Shown: piece by piece, positions 10,293-19,978 of the stretch | Position numbering within the stretch: the stretch's first letter is position 1 | How the letters are laid out: every line of letters starts with the position of its first letter | From: an uncultured Nitrospinota bacterium | Lineage (GTDB): Bacteria; Tectomicrobia; Entotheonellia; J063; CAVPRW01 | Assembly (NCBI GenBank): GCA_963707985.1 | Contig: CAVPRW010000010.1 | Span: forward strand, 256,001 to 320,000 | Reading direction: 5' to 3' | DNA length: 64,000 bases | Notes under the pieces: model-generated | The model's input: the letters and a program-made list of their open reading frames with translations, nothing else | Database searches by the model: none | What the model was told of the DNA's origin: nothing | Made by a program: the position numbers and the translations under genes

Positions 10293-10516
10293 TTGCTGCC
10301 AGTCAAAGGTGCCTCATTCAGCCGAGTGGTTTCGGCAGTTTGATCGGCGACATACCTCTCCGCTGCGTCACGCACGACCCACGCCAATGAGACCTTTTTC
10401 TGTTTGGCGATCTCTTCCAGAATCCTATACAGCTCCGGCGGAAAGCTGACGGACGCACGTAGCGAGGCCGCGCTCGGTGTCTTGCTGTCGTTTTCCTGTT
10501 TTCTTCTCGCCTTCAT
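10289..10516 (-). CDS. CopG/ribbon-helix-helix transcriptional regulator
   Basis: RASVSFPPELYRILEEIAKQKKVSLAWVVRDAAERY; stop overlaps the methyltransferase start (ATGA). Confidence 0.85.
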   Translation of the reverse strand: MKARRKQENDSKTPSAASLRASVSFPPELYRILEEIAKQKKVSLAWVVRDAAERYVADQTAETTRLNEAPLTGSK

Positions 10517-10634
10517 GTGCAGTGCCCCCGGCTTTCAACTGTGCACCACCTTACACCATATTGGTGTACTTGCAAACTATATATTTTGGCGCACTCGTAG
10601 TGTCACGCGCTCCGTGGGCTCCGGCGTCCACTTT

Positions 10635-11464
10635 GGTTCTGTCGCAATTTTTATTTAAGGCGATTTGAGGTATGATCTCCCGCTGTCATCGAGGGTGCCA
10701 TGAGAGGGGGAGAGGCAATGCCGGTGAGCTTCAAAGGGGCCCATTTCCCGCAGGATATCATTCTGATGGGTGTACGGTGGTATGTGGCGTACCCGTTGAG
10801 CGATCGGCATGTGGAGGAACTCATGGAAGAGCGCGGGGTGCTGCTCGACCATGCAACCATCCAGCGCTGGGTCGTGAAGTACAGTGCTCAGTTGGAAGAG
10901 GCATTCCACCGCCGCAAGCGCCCGGTCGGGCGCCGCTGGCGCATGGACGAGACCTACATTCGGGTCAAAGGCGAGTGGCGGTATTTGTATCGAGCGGTGG
11001 ATAAGTCCGGGCAAACCATTGACTTTCTCCTCACGGAGCACCGAGATACCGAGGCCGCGCTACGCTTTCTGATGCAAGCGATCCACCGTCACGGGGTCCC
11101 CGAGACAATCACCATTGATGGGAGCGGGGCGAATGAAGCGGCCATCAAGCGCTACAATGAGGAGCACGGCACCCACATCATCATCCGGCAGGTGAAATAT
11201 TTGAATAATATCGTGGAACAGGACCATCGAGCGGTCAAACGGGTGACGCGTCCCATGCTGGGGTTCAAAGCGTTCGAGGCCGCACAGGCGACGTTGTCCG
11301 GGATCGAGCTCATGCCCATGCTCAAGAAACGGCAGCTGATGGTTGAGGCAGGAGACGAGGGCCTCACGGCGGCCGAACAGTTCTACTCCCTCGCAGCATA
11401 ATCCCCACACGGACGGGGGCCACTGCCCCTGCACAGCCCCCTGAGCAAAATTTGCGACAGAGCC
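10635..11464 (+). mobile_element. IS6-family insertion sequence
   Basis: IRL GGTTCTGTCGCAATTT (10635); IRR revcomp GGCTCTGTCGCAAATT (ends 11464); 830 bp; no target duplication seen. Confidence 0.92.
10718..11401 (+). CDS. IS6-family DDE transposase
   Basis: FKGAHFPQDII, WRMDETY, ITIDGS, NNIVEQDHR; frame intact. Confidence 0.93.
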   Translation: MPVSFKGAHFPQDIILMGVRWYVAYPLSDRHVEELMEERGVLLDHATIQRWVVKYSAQLEEAFHRRKRPVGRRWRMDETYIRVKGEWRYLYRAVDKSGQTIDFLLTEHRDTEAALRFLMQAIHRHGVPETITIDGSGANEAAIKRYNEEHGTHIIIRQVKYLNNIVEQDHRAVKRVTRPMLGFKAFEAAQATLSGIELMPMLKKRQLMVEAGDEGLTAAEQFYSLAA

Positions 11465-11471
11465 CTCCGAT

Positions 11472-11499
11472 TTGTCCGCCCAGATGGACATGTTATAAT
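11472..11499 (+). promoter_or_regulatory. promoter of the glg/tre cluster
   Basis: TTGTCC, 16-nt spacer, TATAAT with extended -10 (TGtTATAAT, 11491-11499). Confidence 0.55.
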
Positions 11500-11549
11500 A
11501 AAAGTTTCGACGTCGTTGACGGGCATATTATCTCTCTGACAGGTGACCT

Positions 11550-13529
11550 ATGAGTACGTACGATATCGGCGGCAAGCCTCCATATACCGCGTGGGAGAAC
11601 CAGCAACACCGACCTGTGTCGTTTGACGTTTCCCTATTAACGCAGGACGACCTCTATCTCTTCAATGAGGGCACCCATTATCGGTTATACAACAAGCTCG
11701 GAGCCCATCCGCTCACCGCCAACGGTGCCGACGGCACCTATTTCGCCGTGTGGGCCCCAAACGCTACCCAGGTTTCTGTGATGGGGGAGTTCAATCGCTG
11801 GGACAAAGCCAGCCATACCTTGCGTTCGCGAGGTGAATCGGGGATTTGGGAGGGTTTCATTCCAGGCGTTGGTCGGGGGACCATCTACAAGTATCACCTG
11901 ATCTCCCGGTACCAGGGGTATCAAGTCGACAAGAGCGACCCCGTGGCGTTTTACTACGAGGTGCCACCCAGAACCGCGTCCATAGTGTGGGACCTGAGTT
12001 ACACGTGGGGGGATCAGCCGTGGATGGCCACGCGCCATGCCAGAAACGCACTCGCCGCTCCGATGGCCATCTATGAGATGCACCTGGGATCATGGATGCG
12101 CGTGCCCGAAGAGGGAAATCGCTCTTTGACCTACCGTGAGCTAGCGCCCAAACTGGCCGAACACGTCAAGCGCCTGGGCTTTACCCATGTCGAATTTCTG
12201 CCGGTGATGGAACATCCCTTCTATGGTTCCTGGGGCTATCAAACCACCGGCTACTATGCTCCTACCAGCCGCTATGGCACCCCTCAAGACTTGATGTATC
12301 TCATAGATTATCTGCATCAGCATGAGATTGGGGTGATCCTGGATTGGGTTCCCTCACATTTTCCGACCGACGAGCACGGACTGGGATTTTTCGACGGCAC
12401 GCATCTCTACGAGCATGCCGATATGCGGCAAGGGCTACACCCCGATTGGAATAGCTTCATTTTCAACTACGGACGTAATGAGGTGCAAAGCTTTTTACTG
12501 AGCAGTGGGCTGTTCTGGCTCGAAAAGTATCATGTCGATGGCTTGCGGGTCGATGCCGTTGCCTCCATGCTGTATCTCGACTATTCGCGCCAAGCCGGGG
12601 AGTGGATCCCCAATCCACACGGCGGCCGTGAGAATCTTGGCGCCATCGCCTTTCTGCGTCGCTTCAACGAGTTTGTCTACAAGGATTTCCCCGCCGTGCA
12701 GACATTTGCCGAGGAATCAACAGCCTGGCCAATGGTGTCAAGACCAACCTACGTTGGCGGCCTGGGATTCGGCGTTAAGTGGGATATGGGGTGGATGCAT
12801 GACACTCTCTCTTATATGACGAAGGACCCTATCTTTCGTCCCTATCATCACAATCTCCTCACCTTCCGCATGCTCTATGCGTTCACAGAGAACTTTATCC
12901 TGCCGTTGTCTCACGATGAAGTTGTGCACGGGAAAGGCTCCCTGCTGGGCAAGATGCCTGGCGATGACTGGCAAAAGTTCGCCAATCTGCGGCTGATGTA
13001 TGGCTACATGTACACCCAACCGGGGAAAAAGTTGCTCTTTATGGGGAGCGAGTTCGGCCAGCGGCAGGAATGGAATCACGACGTCAGCCTCGATTGGCAC
13101 CTCGGTCAGTACGCCCCACACGCAGGTCTGCAGCGCTGGGTGGAAGACTTGAATCGGCTCTATCGCAGCGAGCCTGCGCTCTACGAGCTCGATAACCACC
13201 CGTCCGGCTTCGAATGGATCGATTGCAATGATGCGCCCGCAAGCGTGGTCAGTTGCCTACGCAAGGGACACTTGACGGATGACCTGATACTCGTCGTCTG
13301 TAATTTCACCCCCGTCCCCCGCCTCAATTATCGTGTCGGCGCGCCACGTGGCGGGTTCTGGCACGAGGTGCGCAATAGTGATGCGCACGACTACGGCGGC
13401 TCTGGCTATGGCAATATGGGGGGCGTTGAGGCCGCACCGGTCCCCTGCCATGGCCGACCCTATTCGTTGAATCTCACCCTTCCCCCTCTGTCGGTGGTGT
13501 TCTTCAAGCATGAGGAGTCCGGCGCATGA
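11550..13529 (+). CDS. glgB: 1,4-alpha-glucan branching enzyme
   Basis: [59 protein letters not shown]. Confidence 0.97.
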   Translation: MSTYDIGGKPPYTAWENQQHRPVSFDVSLLTQDDLYLFNEGTHYRLYNKLGAHPLTANGADGTYFAVWAPNATQVSVMGEFNRWDKASHTLRSRGESGIWEGFIPGVGRGTIYKYHLISRYQGYQVDKSDPVAFYYEVPPRTASIVWDLSYTWGDQPWMATRHARNALAAPMAIYEMHLGSWMRVPEEGNRSLTYRELAPKLAEHVKRLGFTHVEFLPVMEHPFYGSWGYQTTGYYAPTSRYGTPQDLMYLIDYLHQHEIGVILDWVPSHFPTDEHGLGFFDGTHLYEHADMRQGLHPDWNSFIFNYGRNEVQSFLLSSGLFWLEKYHVDGLRVDAVASMLYLDYSRQAGEWIPNPHGGRENLGAIAFLRRFNEFVYKDFPAVQTFAEESTAWPMVSRPTYVGGLGFGVKWDMGWMHDTLSYMTKDPIFRPYHHNLLTFRMLYAFTENFILPLSHDEVVHGKGSLLGKMPGDDWQKFANLRLMYGYMYTQPGKKLLFMGSEFGQRQEWNHDVSLDWHLGQYAPHAGLQRWVEDLNRLYRSEPALYELDNHPSGFEWIDCNDAPASVVSCLRKGHLTDDLILVVCNFTPVPRLNYRVGAPRGGFWHEVRNSDAHDYGGSGYGNMGGVEAAPVPCHGRPYSLNLTLPPLSVVFFKHEESGA

Positions 13530-15407
13530 GAGAGGCCGCTCAGGACGCCCCGGCGACGCGGTATCTGCCATCGACCATCGGCGCCTGGACGGTCGGGGAG
13601 GGGCGCTGCCGATTTCGCGTATGGGCGCCGACAGCACAGTCGGTTGAGGTCCATCTGTTACCTCCAGCCGAGCGCTTCGTCCCCATGGCCGGGCGAAGGC
13701 GCGGCTATTATGAGGTGGTCCTCGACGGTGTTGAGCCTGGAACGTTGTATCGGTATCGCCTCGACGGCACGCTGGAGCGCCCCGATCCGGCGTCGCGCTG
13801 CCAGCCGGAAGATGTCCATGGTCCCTCGCAGGTGGTCGACTCGGATTTCGACTGGGATGACGACGCTTGGTGCGGGATCCCGCTGCGAGACTACATTGTC
13901 TATGAGCTGCATGTCGGGACCTTTACCCCGGAAGGGACGTTCGAGGCCATCATTCCCTACCTCCCTGAGCTCAGAGCGCTGGGGATCACCGCGGTCGAGC
14001 TCATGCCCATCGCCCAGTTCCCTGGGCAGCGCAACTGGGGGTATGATGGTGTCTATCCGTTCGCGGTGCAGCACTCGTATGGTGGTCCCGATGGCTTGAA
14101 ACGGCTGGTGCAAGCCTGCCATCAGCACAGTTTAGCAGTGGTCCTCGACGTGGTCTATAACCATCTCGGACCAGACGGGAACTATCTGGGGGACTACGGC
14201 CCCTACTTTACCGAGCGCTACAAAACCCCATGGGGAGGCGCCCTCAACCTCGATGGGCCGTACAGCGATGAAGTGCGTCGTTTTTTCATCGACAATGCCC
14301 TCTTCTGGGTCACCGAGTTCCGCATCGATGCCCTGCGGGTCGACGCCGTCCATGCCATCCTGGACCACTCGGCGCAGCCGTTTCTCCAGGAGCTCGGCTT
14401 GGCGTTGCAGGCACGCGCTGAACACATGAATCGGCGCATTTATGCCATCGCCGAGAGTGCCCTGAACGATACCCGCATCATTCGCCCACGGGAGCTTGGT
14501 GGCTATGGGCTCGACGCCCAATGGAATGATGATTTTCACCACGCCCTGCGCGTATTGCTTACTGGAGATCAGGGTGGCTATTATCAGGATTTCGGGGAGC
14601 TCGGACATCTGGCCAAGGCGTTTCGCGAAGGGTTCGTGTATGCCGGCGATTACTCGACGTATCGGCGGCGGCGGCATGGTAATTCCTCCCAGCACATGCC
14701 AGCGCAGCAGTTCGTGGTCTTCACGCAGAATCACGATCAAGTGGGTAATCGCATGCTCGGTGAGCGCCTGAGTCAGTTGGTCTCTCTGGAAGCGCTCAAG
14801 CTGGCTGCCAGCGCCGTACTGTTGTCCCCTTTCATCCCGCTGCTGTTCATGGGAGAGGAATACGGCGAGGTCGCGCCGTTTCAGTATTTCATCAGCCATC
14901 TCGATGCGCAACTTGTCGACGCGGTGCGTCGGGGCCGGCGCGAGGAGTTCGCCAGCCTTCGCCTGGCACGCTGAACCACCCGATCCACAGGATATCGCAA
15001 CGTTCCACCGCTCCAAGCTCAATCATCGCCTGCGCTCTGAGGGGCATCATCGGGCCCTGTTCGAGTTCTATCAGGAGCTGATCCGCCTTCGAAAAGAGCT
15101 TCCTGCTCTGGCACAGTTGAGCAAAGAGCACATGCACGTGGTCGGCTTCGAACGCGAAAAAACCCTCTGCATCCAACGTCGGTGCGATGTGCAGCAGGTA
15201 TGGCTGATCCTCCACTTCGGAGGCTCCCCCATGTCGCTTCAACTGCTCTGGGATGCGGGGTTGTGGTACAAGCAGCTTGATTCTGCGGAGGAGCGCTGGG
15301 GTGGGTCGGGGAGCCCTGTCGATCCAGCGCTCGCGTCCGAGGGCGAGGTCACCCTGCATTTAGCTCCCGAAAGCTGCCTGGTGTTTGCGCAGATGACCGA
15401 GAGTTGA
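13526..15407 (+). CDS. treZ: malto-oligosyltrehalose trehalohydrolase (frameshift near 14960)
   Basis: [39 protein letters not shown]; the C-terminus ([20 protein letters not shown]...) continues in ORF 14904-15407. Confidence 0.93.
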
Positions 15408-15509
15408 TTGCGGACCAGTGCTAGTGTATGTTTGAAACCTGCAGCAAAGCCCGACACGGATATCTTTCCACCGCGAACATGGTGATGGCAGAAGAGGAGT
15501 GCAAGCCTC

Positions 15510-15896
15510 ATGGCGGGAAGCAGTGACACCTATCACGAATCGCTCGATAAACTTTCTTCCACAACCCAAGACATGCACCGGGCGCTCGTCTCTCTGCAGG
15601 AAGAATTGGAGGCCGTCGACTGGTATCAACAGCGCGCGGATGCCACAGAAGACGCCGAGCTCAAAGCCATCCTGGTGCATAACATGCGTGAGGAGATCGA
15701 ACACGCCTCGATGGTCCTGGAGTGGTTGCGACGCAACCATCCGGACTTTTCAACACATCTACGCACCTATCTCTTTCAGGAAAAACCGATTCTTGACATT
15801 GAAGCGGTAGACCGTGCAGCCAATGGCAATGGTGCAGCGAATCCGGGACGACCACAGCGCATGGGACTGACAATCGGGACGATGAAAGGGGAGTAA
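15510..15896 (+). CDS. encapsulated ferritin-like protein (EncFtn/Flp) with C-terminal targeting peptide
   Basis: DMHRALVSLQEELEAVDWYQQR..HNMREEIEHASMVLEWLRR ferroxidase motifs, low-complexity linker, then GLTIGTMKGE (LxIGSL-like cargo peptide). Confidence 0.92.
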   Translation: MAGSSDTYHESLDKLSSTTQDMHRALVSLQEELEAVDWYQQRADATEDAELKAILVHNMREEIEHASMVLEWLRRNHPDFSTHLRTYLFQEKPILDIEAVDRAANGNGAANPGRPQRMGLTIGTMKGE

Positions 15897-15900
15897 ATGT

Positions 15901-16704
15901 ATGGATTATCTGAATCGGCGGATGGCGCCGTTCGGCGAAGACATCTGGAAACGCATCGACGAGGCAGCTGCGAACGCGGCACGCGACCTATTGACCGGAC
16001 GCCGATTTTTAGAAGTCGACGGCCCCTATGGCGTCGGCCTGACCTCGGTTGAGGTGGGGCATGATGATTTCTGTCGGCAGCCAACCCCTGAGGAAGCCGG
16101 CGCAGTTATGGGCCGGGCCATCTCGGTACCGATGCTACGCAAAGACCTCCGCCTCAGCATCCGCCGCGTGGCCGCTTTTAGCGATATGGGCCAGCCGCTC
16201 AACCTCACGCCGGTGGAGGATGCGGGGGAAGCGGTGGCGCGGCGAGAGGAAGAGTTTATCTATTATGGCCAGGCCGACTTCCGTTTGCAGGGGTTACTGA
16301 CGGCCGAGGGCCGGGCCCACCACGACGGAGGGGATTGGGGAAACATCGATCAGGCCCTGGAAGATGTCCTAGCGGCGGTCAACGCCCTGGATGCATGGAA
16401 CTTTCGAGGCCCCTATGCCCTGGCCCTAGCACCTGCTCTCTATAATGGCCTGTTTCGACGCTATGCCGGCACCGATATGTTGCAGCTCGAGCACCTCCGT
16501 CGCCTCTGTCAGCGTGGGGTGTATAAAGCTGCCATCCAGGGCGGCGTGCTGGTTGACCCACGGGTCGGCAAGCTCATTATCGGCCAGGATCTTATGGCGG
16601 GCTATATCGGCCAGGACGGCGTGCATTACCAGTTATATGTGACCGAAAGCGTGGTACTGCGGCTGGATGAGCCACGAGCTATATGCACTATCACCACTCG
16701 GTAG
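15901..16704 (+). CDS. family 1 encapsulin shell protein (Linocin M18)
   Basis: MDYLNRRMAPF..WKRIDE..LTGRRFLEVDGPYGVG..EEEFIYYG..GPYALAL..IGQDLMAGY; 267 aa; 4 nt after the cargo gene. Confidence 0.95.
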   Translation: MDYLNRRMAPFGEDIWKRIDEAAANAARDLLTGRRFLEVDGPYGVGLTSVEVGHDDFCRQPTPEEAGAVMGRAISVPMLRKDLRLSIRRVAAFSDMGQPLNLTPVEDAGEAVARREEEFIYYGQADFRLQGLLTAEGRAHHDGGDWGNIDQALEDVLAAVNALDAWNFRGPYALALAPALYNGLFRRYAGTDMLQLEHLRRLCQRGVYKAAIQGGVLVDPRVGKLIIGQDLMAGYIGQDGVHYQLYVTESVVLRLDEPRAICTITTR

Positions 16705-16891
16705 ATCACACCTCCCCCTGCACGACTGGAGATGCAGACAGAATAGTCCGGCACAACGCCGCCATGTTCCCCGTCACGTCAGACCCCTTGGCGAAGGGGT
16801 CGGGTGCCGACGATGACGTCACATCATCTCTCCCGCTCTCTGGTCCCCTCCCAGTGGGAGACCGAGAAAGACGCTGCTCAAGGGGAAATCC

Positions 16892-19800
16892 ATGACCATG
16901 TTCCGCATCCCGGTGTCAACATACCGCGTGCAACTCAACGGCGATCTTCGCTTCGCGGATGTCCAGGCGCTGGTACCGTACTTCCATCGCCTGGGCATCA
17001 CTGACCTCTACACCTCACCGTTTCTGAAGGCGCGGCGTGGTAGTCGGCATGGCTACGATATCATTGACCACACGTCGGTCAACCCCGAGATCGGTAGCGA
17101 CGAAGACCTGGCGGCGCTCACCGCAGCGCTTGCCGGTTATGGGATGGGACTCATCGCCGATGTGGTGCCCAATCATATGGGCATCGATGATGAAGCGAAT
17201 CGCTGGTGGTGGGATGTGCTCGAAAACGGTCCCAGTTCGCCCTATGCGAAATTTTTCGATATCGATTGGGCGCCGCCCAAGGAAGGCCTGGCGAACAAGG
17301 TGCTGTTGCCGATTCTCGGCGATCAGTATGGCAAGGTCCTTGAAAATGGCGAGATACAGCTGCTCTTCGAGGCCGGAGCTTTCGTGATTGCCTACTATGA
17401 GCGGCGCTTCCCCGTCGCTCCACGATCCTCCATCGCTATCCTCGAACCCTCCTGTGAGCGGGTCCGCGTCCAGCTCGATGCTGGAGATCCACACCTGGTT
17501 GAGCTGGAGAGCATCATCACCTCCCTCAAGGTCCTACCCCCACGGACCGAAACCGATCTGGAACAGGTGCGCGTGCGCCTCCGGGAGAAAGAGGTCGCAA
17601 AGCGGCGTCTGTCGGCCTTAATCGAGACGAGCGATTCGGTGTGCCAAGCGATCGAGCAGACCGTCGCGGACATGAACGGCCGACGTGGCGAGCCGCACAG
17701 CTTCGACCAACTCGAGGCGCTGCTGGCCCATCAGGCGTATCGCCTCAGCTATTGGCGGGTGGCGACGGATGAGATAAACTATCGGCGGTTTTTCGACGTC
17801 AACCATCTGGCGGCGATCCGAGTCGAGGAACCCGAAGTCTTCGAGGCCGTGCATGGAGTTGTTCTCCGATTGTTGGGCGCCGGCCAGGTGACTGGTCTGC
17901 GCATCGACCATCCGGACGGGTTATTCGATCCTGCACAGTATTTTCTCGACCTGCAGGCCGCATGCCGCCGCAACCTGGCAAATTCACCAACCACCGCTGT
18001 TGAGCTGTCTGAGGGCACGACCGAACGCGCTTGTTACGTGGTCGTCGAGAAGATCCTCGTGCGTGATGAGCGGCTCCGCCCAGATTGGGCGGTGCATGGT
18101 ACGACGGGATACGAGTTCCTAAATCTGCTGAACGGCCTGTTCGTCGATTCTGCAGCTGAGCGCCATTTCCACCAGCTGTATGCACGCATGACCGGCCAGC
18201 CGTTTCGGTTTGGTGACACCGCCTACGAGAGTAAGAATCTCATTCTCGATTCGACAATGTCGGCTGAGCTGCATGTCCTCGCCCGCCGCCTTGACCGTAT
18301 CTCGGAGCAACATCGTTGGTCACGGGACTTTACCCTGTTTAGCCTGCAGGAAGCCCTGGCGGAGGTAATCGCTTGCTTCCCGGTGTATCGCACCTACATA
18401 TGCGGCGTCAAGAGCATGGTCGGAGATGAGGACCACCATTACATCCTTTCTGCCCTGCGCACCGCCAAACGCCGGAACCCTGCGGTGAGCGAATCCATCT
18501 TTGACTTCGTCGCCTCTGTCCTGCTGCTCCAGGACCCGGAAGGTATCAGTGAGGCGGACCGGGCCGCACGCCGCGACTTCGTGATGCGTTTCCAACAAAT
18601 CACTGGGCCGATCATGGCTAAAGGGATCGAGGACACCACCTTTTATCGCGTTTTTCCCCTCGCCTCACTCAACGAGGTAGGGGGGAATCCCGAGCGCTTC
18701 GGGCTGCCTATCGATGCGTTTCACCGGCAGAATGCCGAGCGGCTGGCCAACTGGCCGCACGCCCTGCTGACCACCTCCAGCCACGACACCAAGCGCAGCG
18801 AAGATGTGCGGGCGCGGATCAATGTACTCTCGGAAATGCCTCGCGACTGGGAGCGGGCCATCCAGCGCTGGCAATCGATGAATCGCGCCAAGAAGGTTGA
18901 ACTCGATGGTGCCGAGGTGCCCGATCCTCAGGAAGAGTACCTGCTCTATCAGACGCTCATCGGCGCCTGGCTGCTGCAACCGATAGACGAGGAAGCGGCT
19001 GGGCAATTCGTCCAGCGTATCGAGCGTTACATGCAGACGCTCATCGGCGCCTGGCCACTGCGACCGATGGACGAAGAGACGCATGAGCAATTCGTCCAGC
19101 GTATCGAGCGCTACATGGAGAAGGCGCTCAAGGAAGCCAAGTTACATACAAGCTGGATCAACCCGAACGAAGCCTATGATCAGGCCGTCAGGCAATTCGT
19201 CCGCGAAATCCTCAGTCCCGATGACGACAACCGGTTCCTCGCCGATTTCCGACGCTTTCAGGCTCGTATAGCCCAGGCTGGCATGTGGAACTCCCTGTCA
19301 CAGACGCTTCTCAAGATCACTTCGCCAGGTGTGCCCGACTTTTTTCAGGGAACCGAGCTTTGGGACTTTAGCCTTGTCGATCCGGATAATCGCCGTCCGG
19401 TGGATTTTCGCAGACGTGTGACTATGCTCGATGAACTTCAACAGCGGGAGTCGAAGGACCTCATCTCGTTAGTCCGCGAACTCGTCGCCCGGCACACCGA
19501 TGGGCGCATCAAGCTCTATATCACATATAAAGCGCTAAATTTCCGCCGTGCGCACCGGGATCTCTTCGAGCAGGGAGACTACCATCCTCTGACGGTCTCT
19601 GGTGCGAAGGAGGATCATGTGCTGGCCTTTGTGCGGCATCTAGGGAGTTGCTGGGCGCTGGTGGCGGTTCCTCGGTTCCTGGTCAAACTTTCTCCCTCTG
19701 CCCTGCCCCCATTGGGCAAACGGCTCTGGAAAGAGACCGTGCTTCATCTCCCCGAGGGAGTCCCGACTGGTTGGCAGAATGTCTTCACTGGCGAGGCCCT

Positions 19801-19897
19801 CGCCGTCTTCGATGGCAACTCGACCGAGCGAGGGCTCTTGGCGCACGAGGTGTTTCACCGTTTGCCTGTCGCTTTGCTGGTGGGCTCGTCGAGTTGA
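16892..19897 (+). CDS. treY: malto-oligosyltrehalose synthase
   Basis: PVSTYRVQL, DVVPNHMG, INYRRFFDVN, GLRIDHPDGL, SHDTKRSEDVRAR, SLVDPDNRRPVD. Confidence 0.96.
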   Translation: MTMFRIPVSTYRVQLNGDLRFADVQALVPYFHRLGITDLYTSPFLKARRGSRHGYDIIDHTSVNPEIGSDEDLAALTAALAGYGMGLIADVVPNHMGIDDEANRWWWDVLENGPSSPYAKFFDIDWAPPKEGLANKVLLPILGDQYGKVLENGEIQLLFEAGAFVIAYYERRFPVAPRSSIAILEPSCERVRVQLDAGDPHLVELESIITSLKVLPPRTETDLEQVRVRLREKEVAKRRLSALIETSDSVCQAIEQTVADMNGRRGEPHSFDQLEALLAHQAYRLSYWRVATDEINYRRFFDVNHLAAIRVEEPEVFEAVHGVVLRLLGAGQVTGLRIDHPDGLFDPAQYFLDLQAACRRNLANSPTTAVELSEGTTERACYVVVEKILVRDERLRPDWAVHGTTGYEFLNLLNGLFVDSAAERHFHQLYARMTGQPFRFGDTAYESKNLILDSTMSAELHVLARRLDRISEQHRWSRDFTLFSLQEALAEVIACFPVYRTYICGVKSMVGDEDHHYILSALRTAKRRNPAVSESIFDFVASVLLLQDPEGISEADRAARRDFVMRFQQITGPIMAKGIEDTTFYRVFPLASLNEVGGNPERFGLPIDAFHRQNAERLANWPHALLTTSSHDTKRSEDVRARINVLSEMPRDWERAIQRWQSMNRAKKVELDGAEVPDPQEEYLLYQTLIGAWLLQPIDEEAAGQFVQRIERYMQTLIGAWPLRPMDEETHEQFVQRIERYMEKALKEAKLHTSWINPNEAYDQAVRQFVREILSPDDDNRFLADFRRFQARIAQAGMWNSLSQTLLKITSPGVPDFFQGTELWDFSLVDPDNRRPVDFRRRVTMLDELQQRESKDLISLVRELVARHTDGRIKLYITYKALNFRRAHRDLFEQGDYHPLTVSGAKEDHVLAFVRHLGSCWALVAVPRFLVKLSPSALPPLGKRLWKETVLHLPEGVPTGWQNVFTGEALAVFDGNSTERGLLAHEVFHRLPVALLVGSSS
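18950..19117 (+). repeat. 84-bp in-frame tandem duplication inside treY
   Basis: QTLIGAWLLQPIDEEAAGQFVQRIERYM / QTLIGAWPLRPMDEETHEQFVQRIERYM; copies start at 18950 and 19034. Confidence 0.95.
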
Positions 19898-19978
19898 CAA
19901 TCCCTCGATGAATCCATAACACTTAAAGGGTCCCCTGGACACACTGTCCATGTCATCTCCACGCCTGAAGGAGTATGT

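Noticed and set aside
10620..11480. Composite transposon or target duplication around IS6
   Set aside because: Flanks differ and there is no second full IS6 copy in the window.
19865..19897. TreY C-terminus LLVGSSS as an encapsulin targeting peptide
   Set aside because: PVALL is the normal TreY ending, there is no flexible linker, and the match to LxVGSL is weak.
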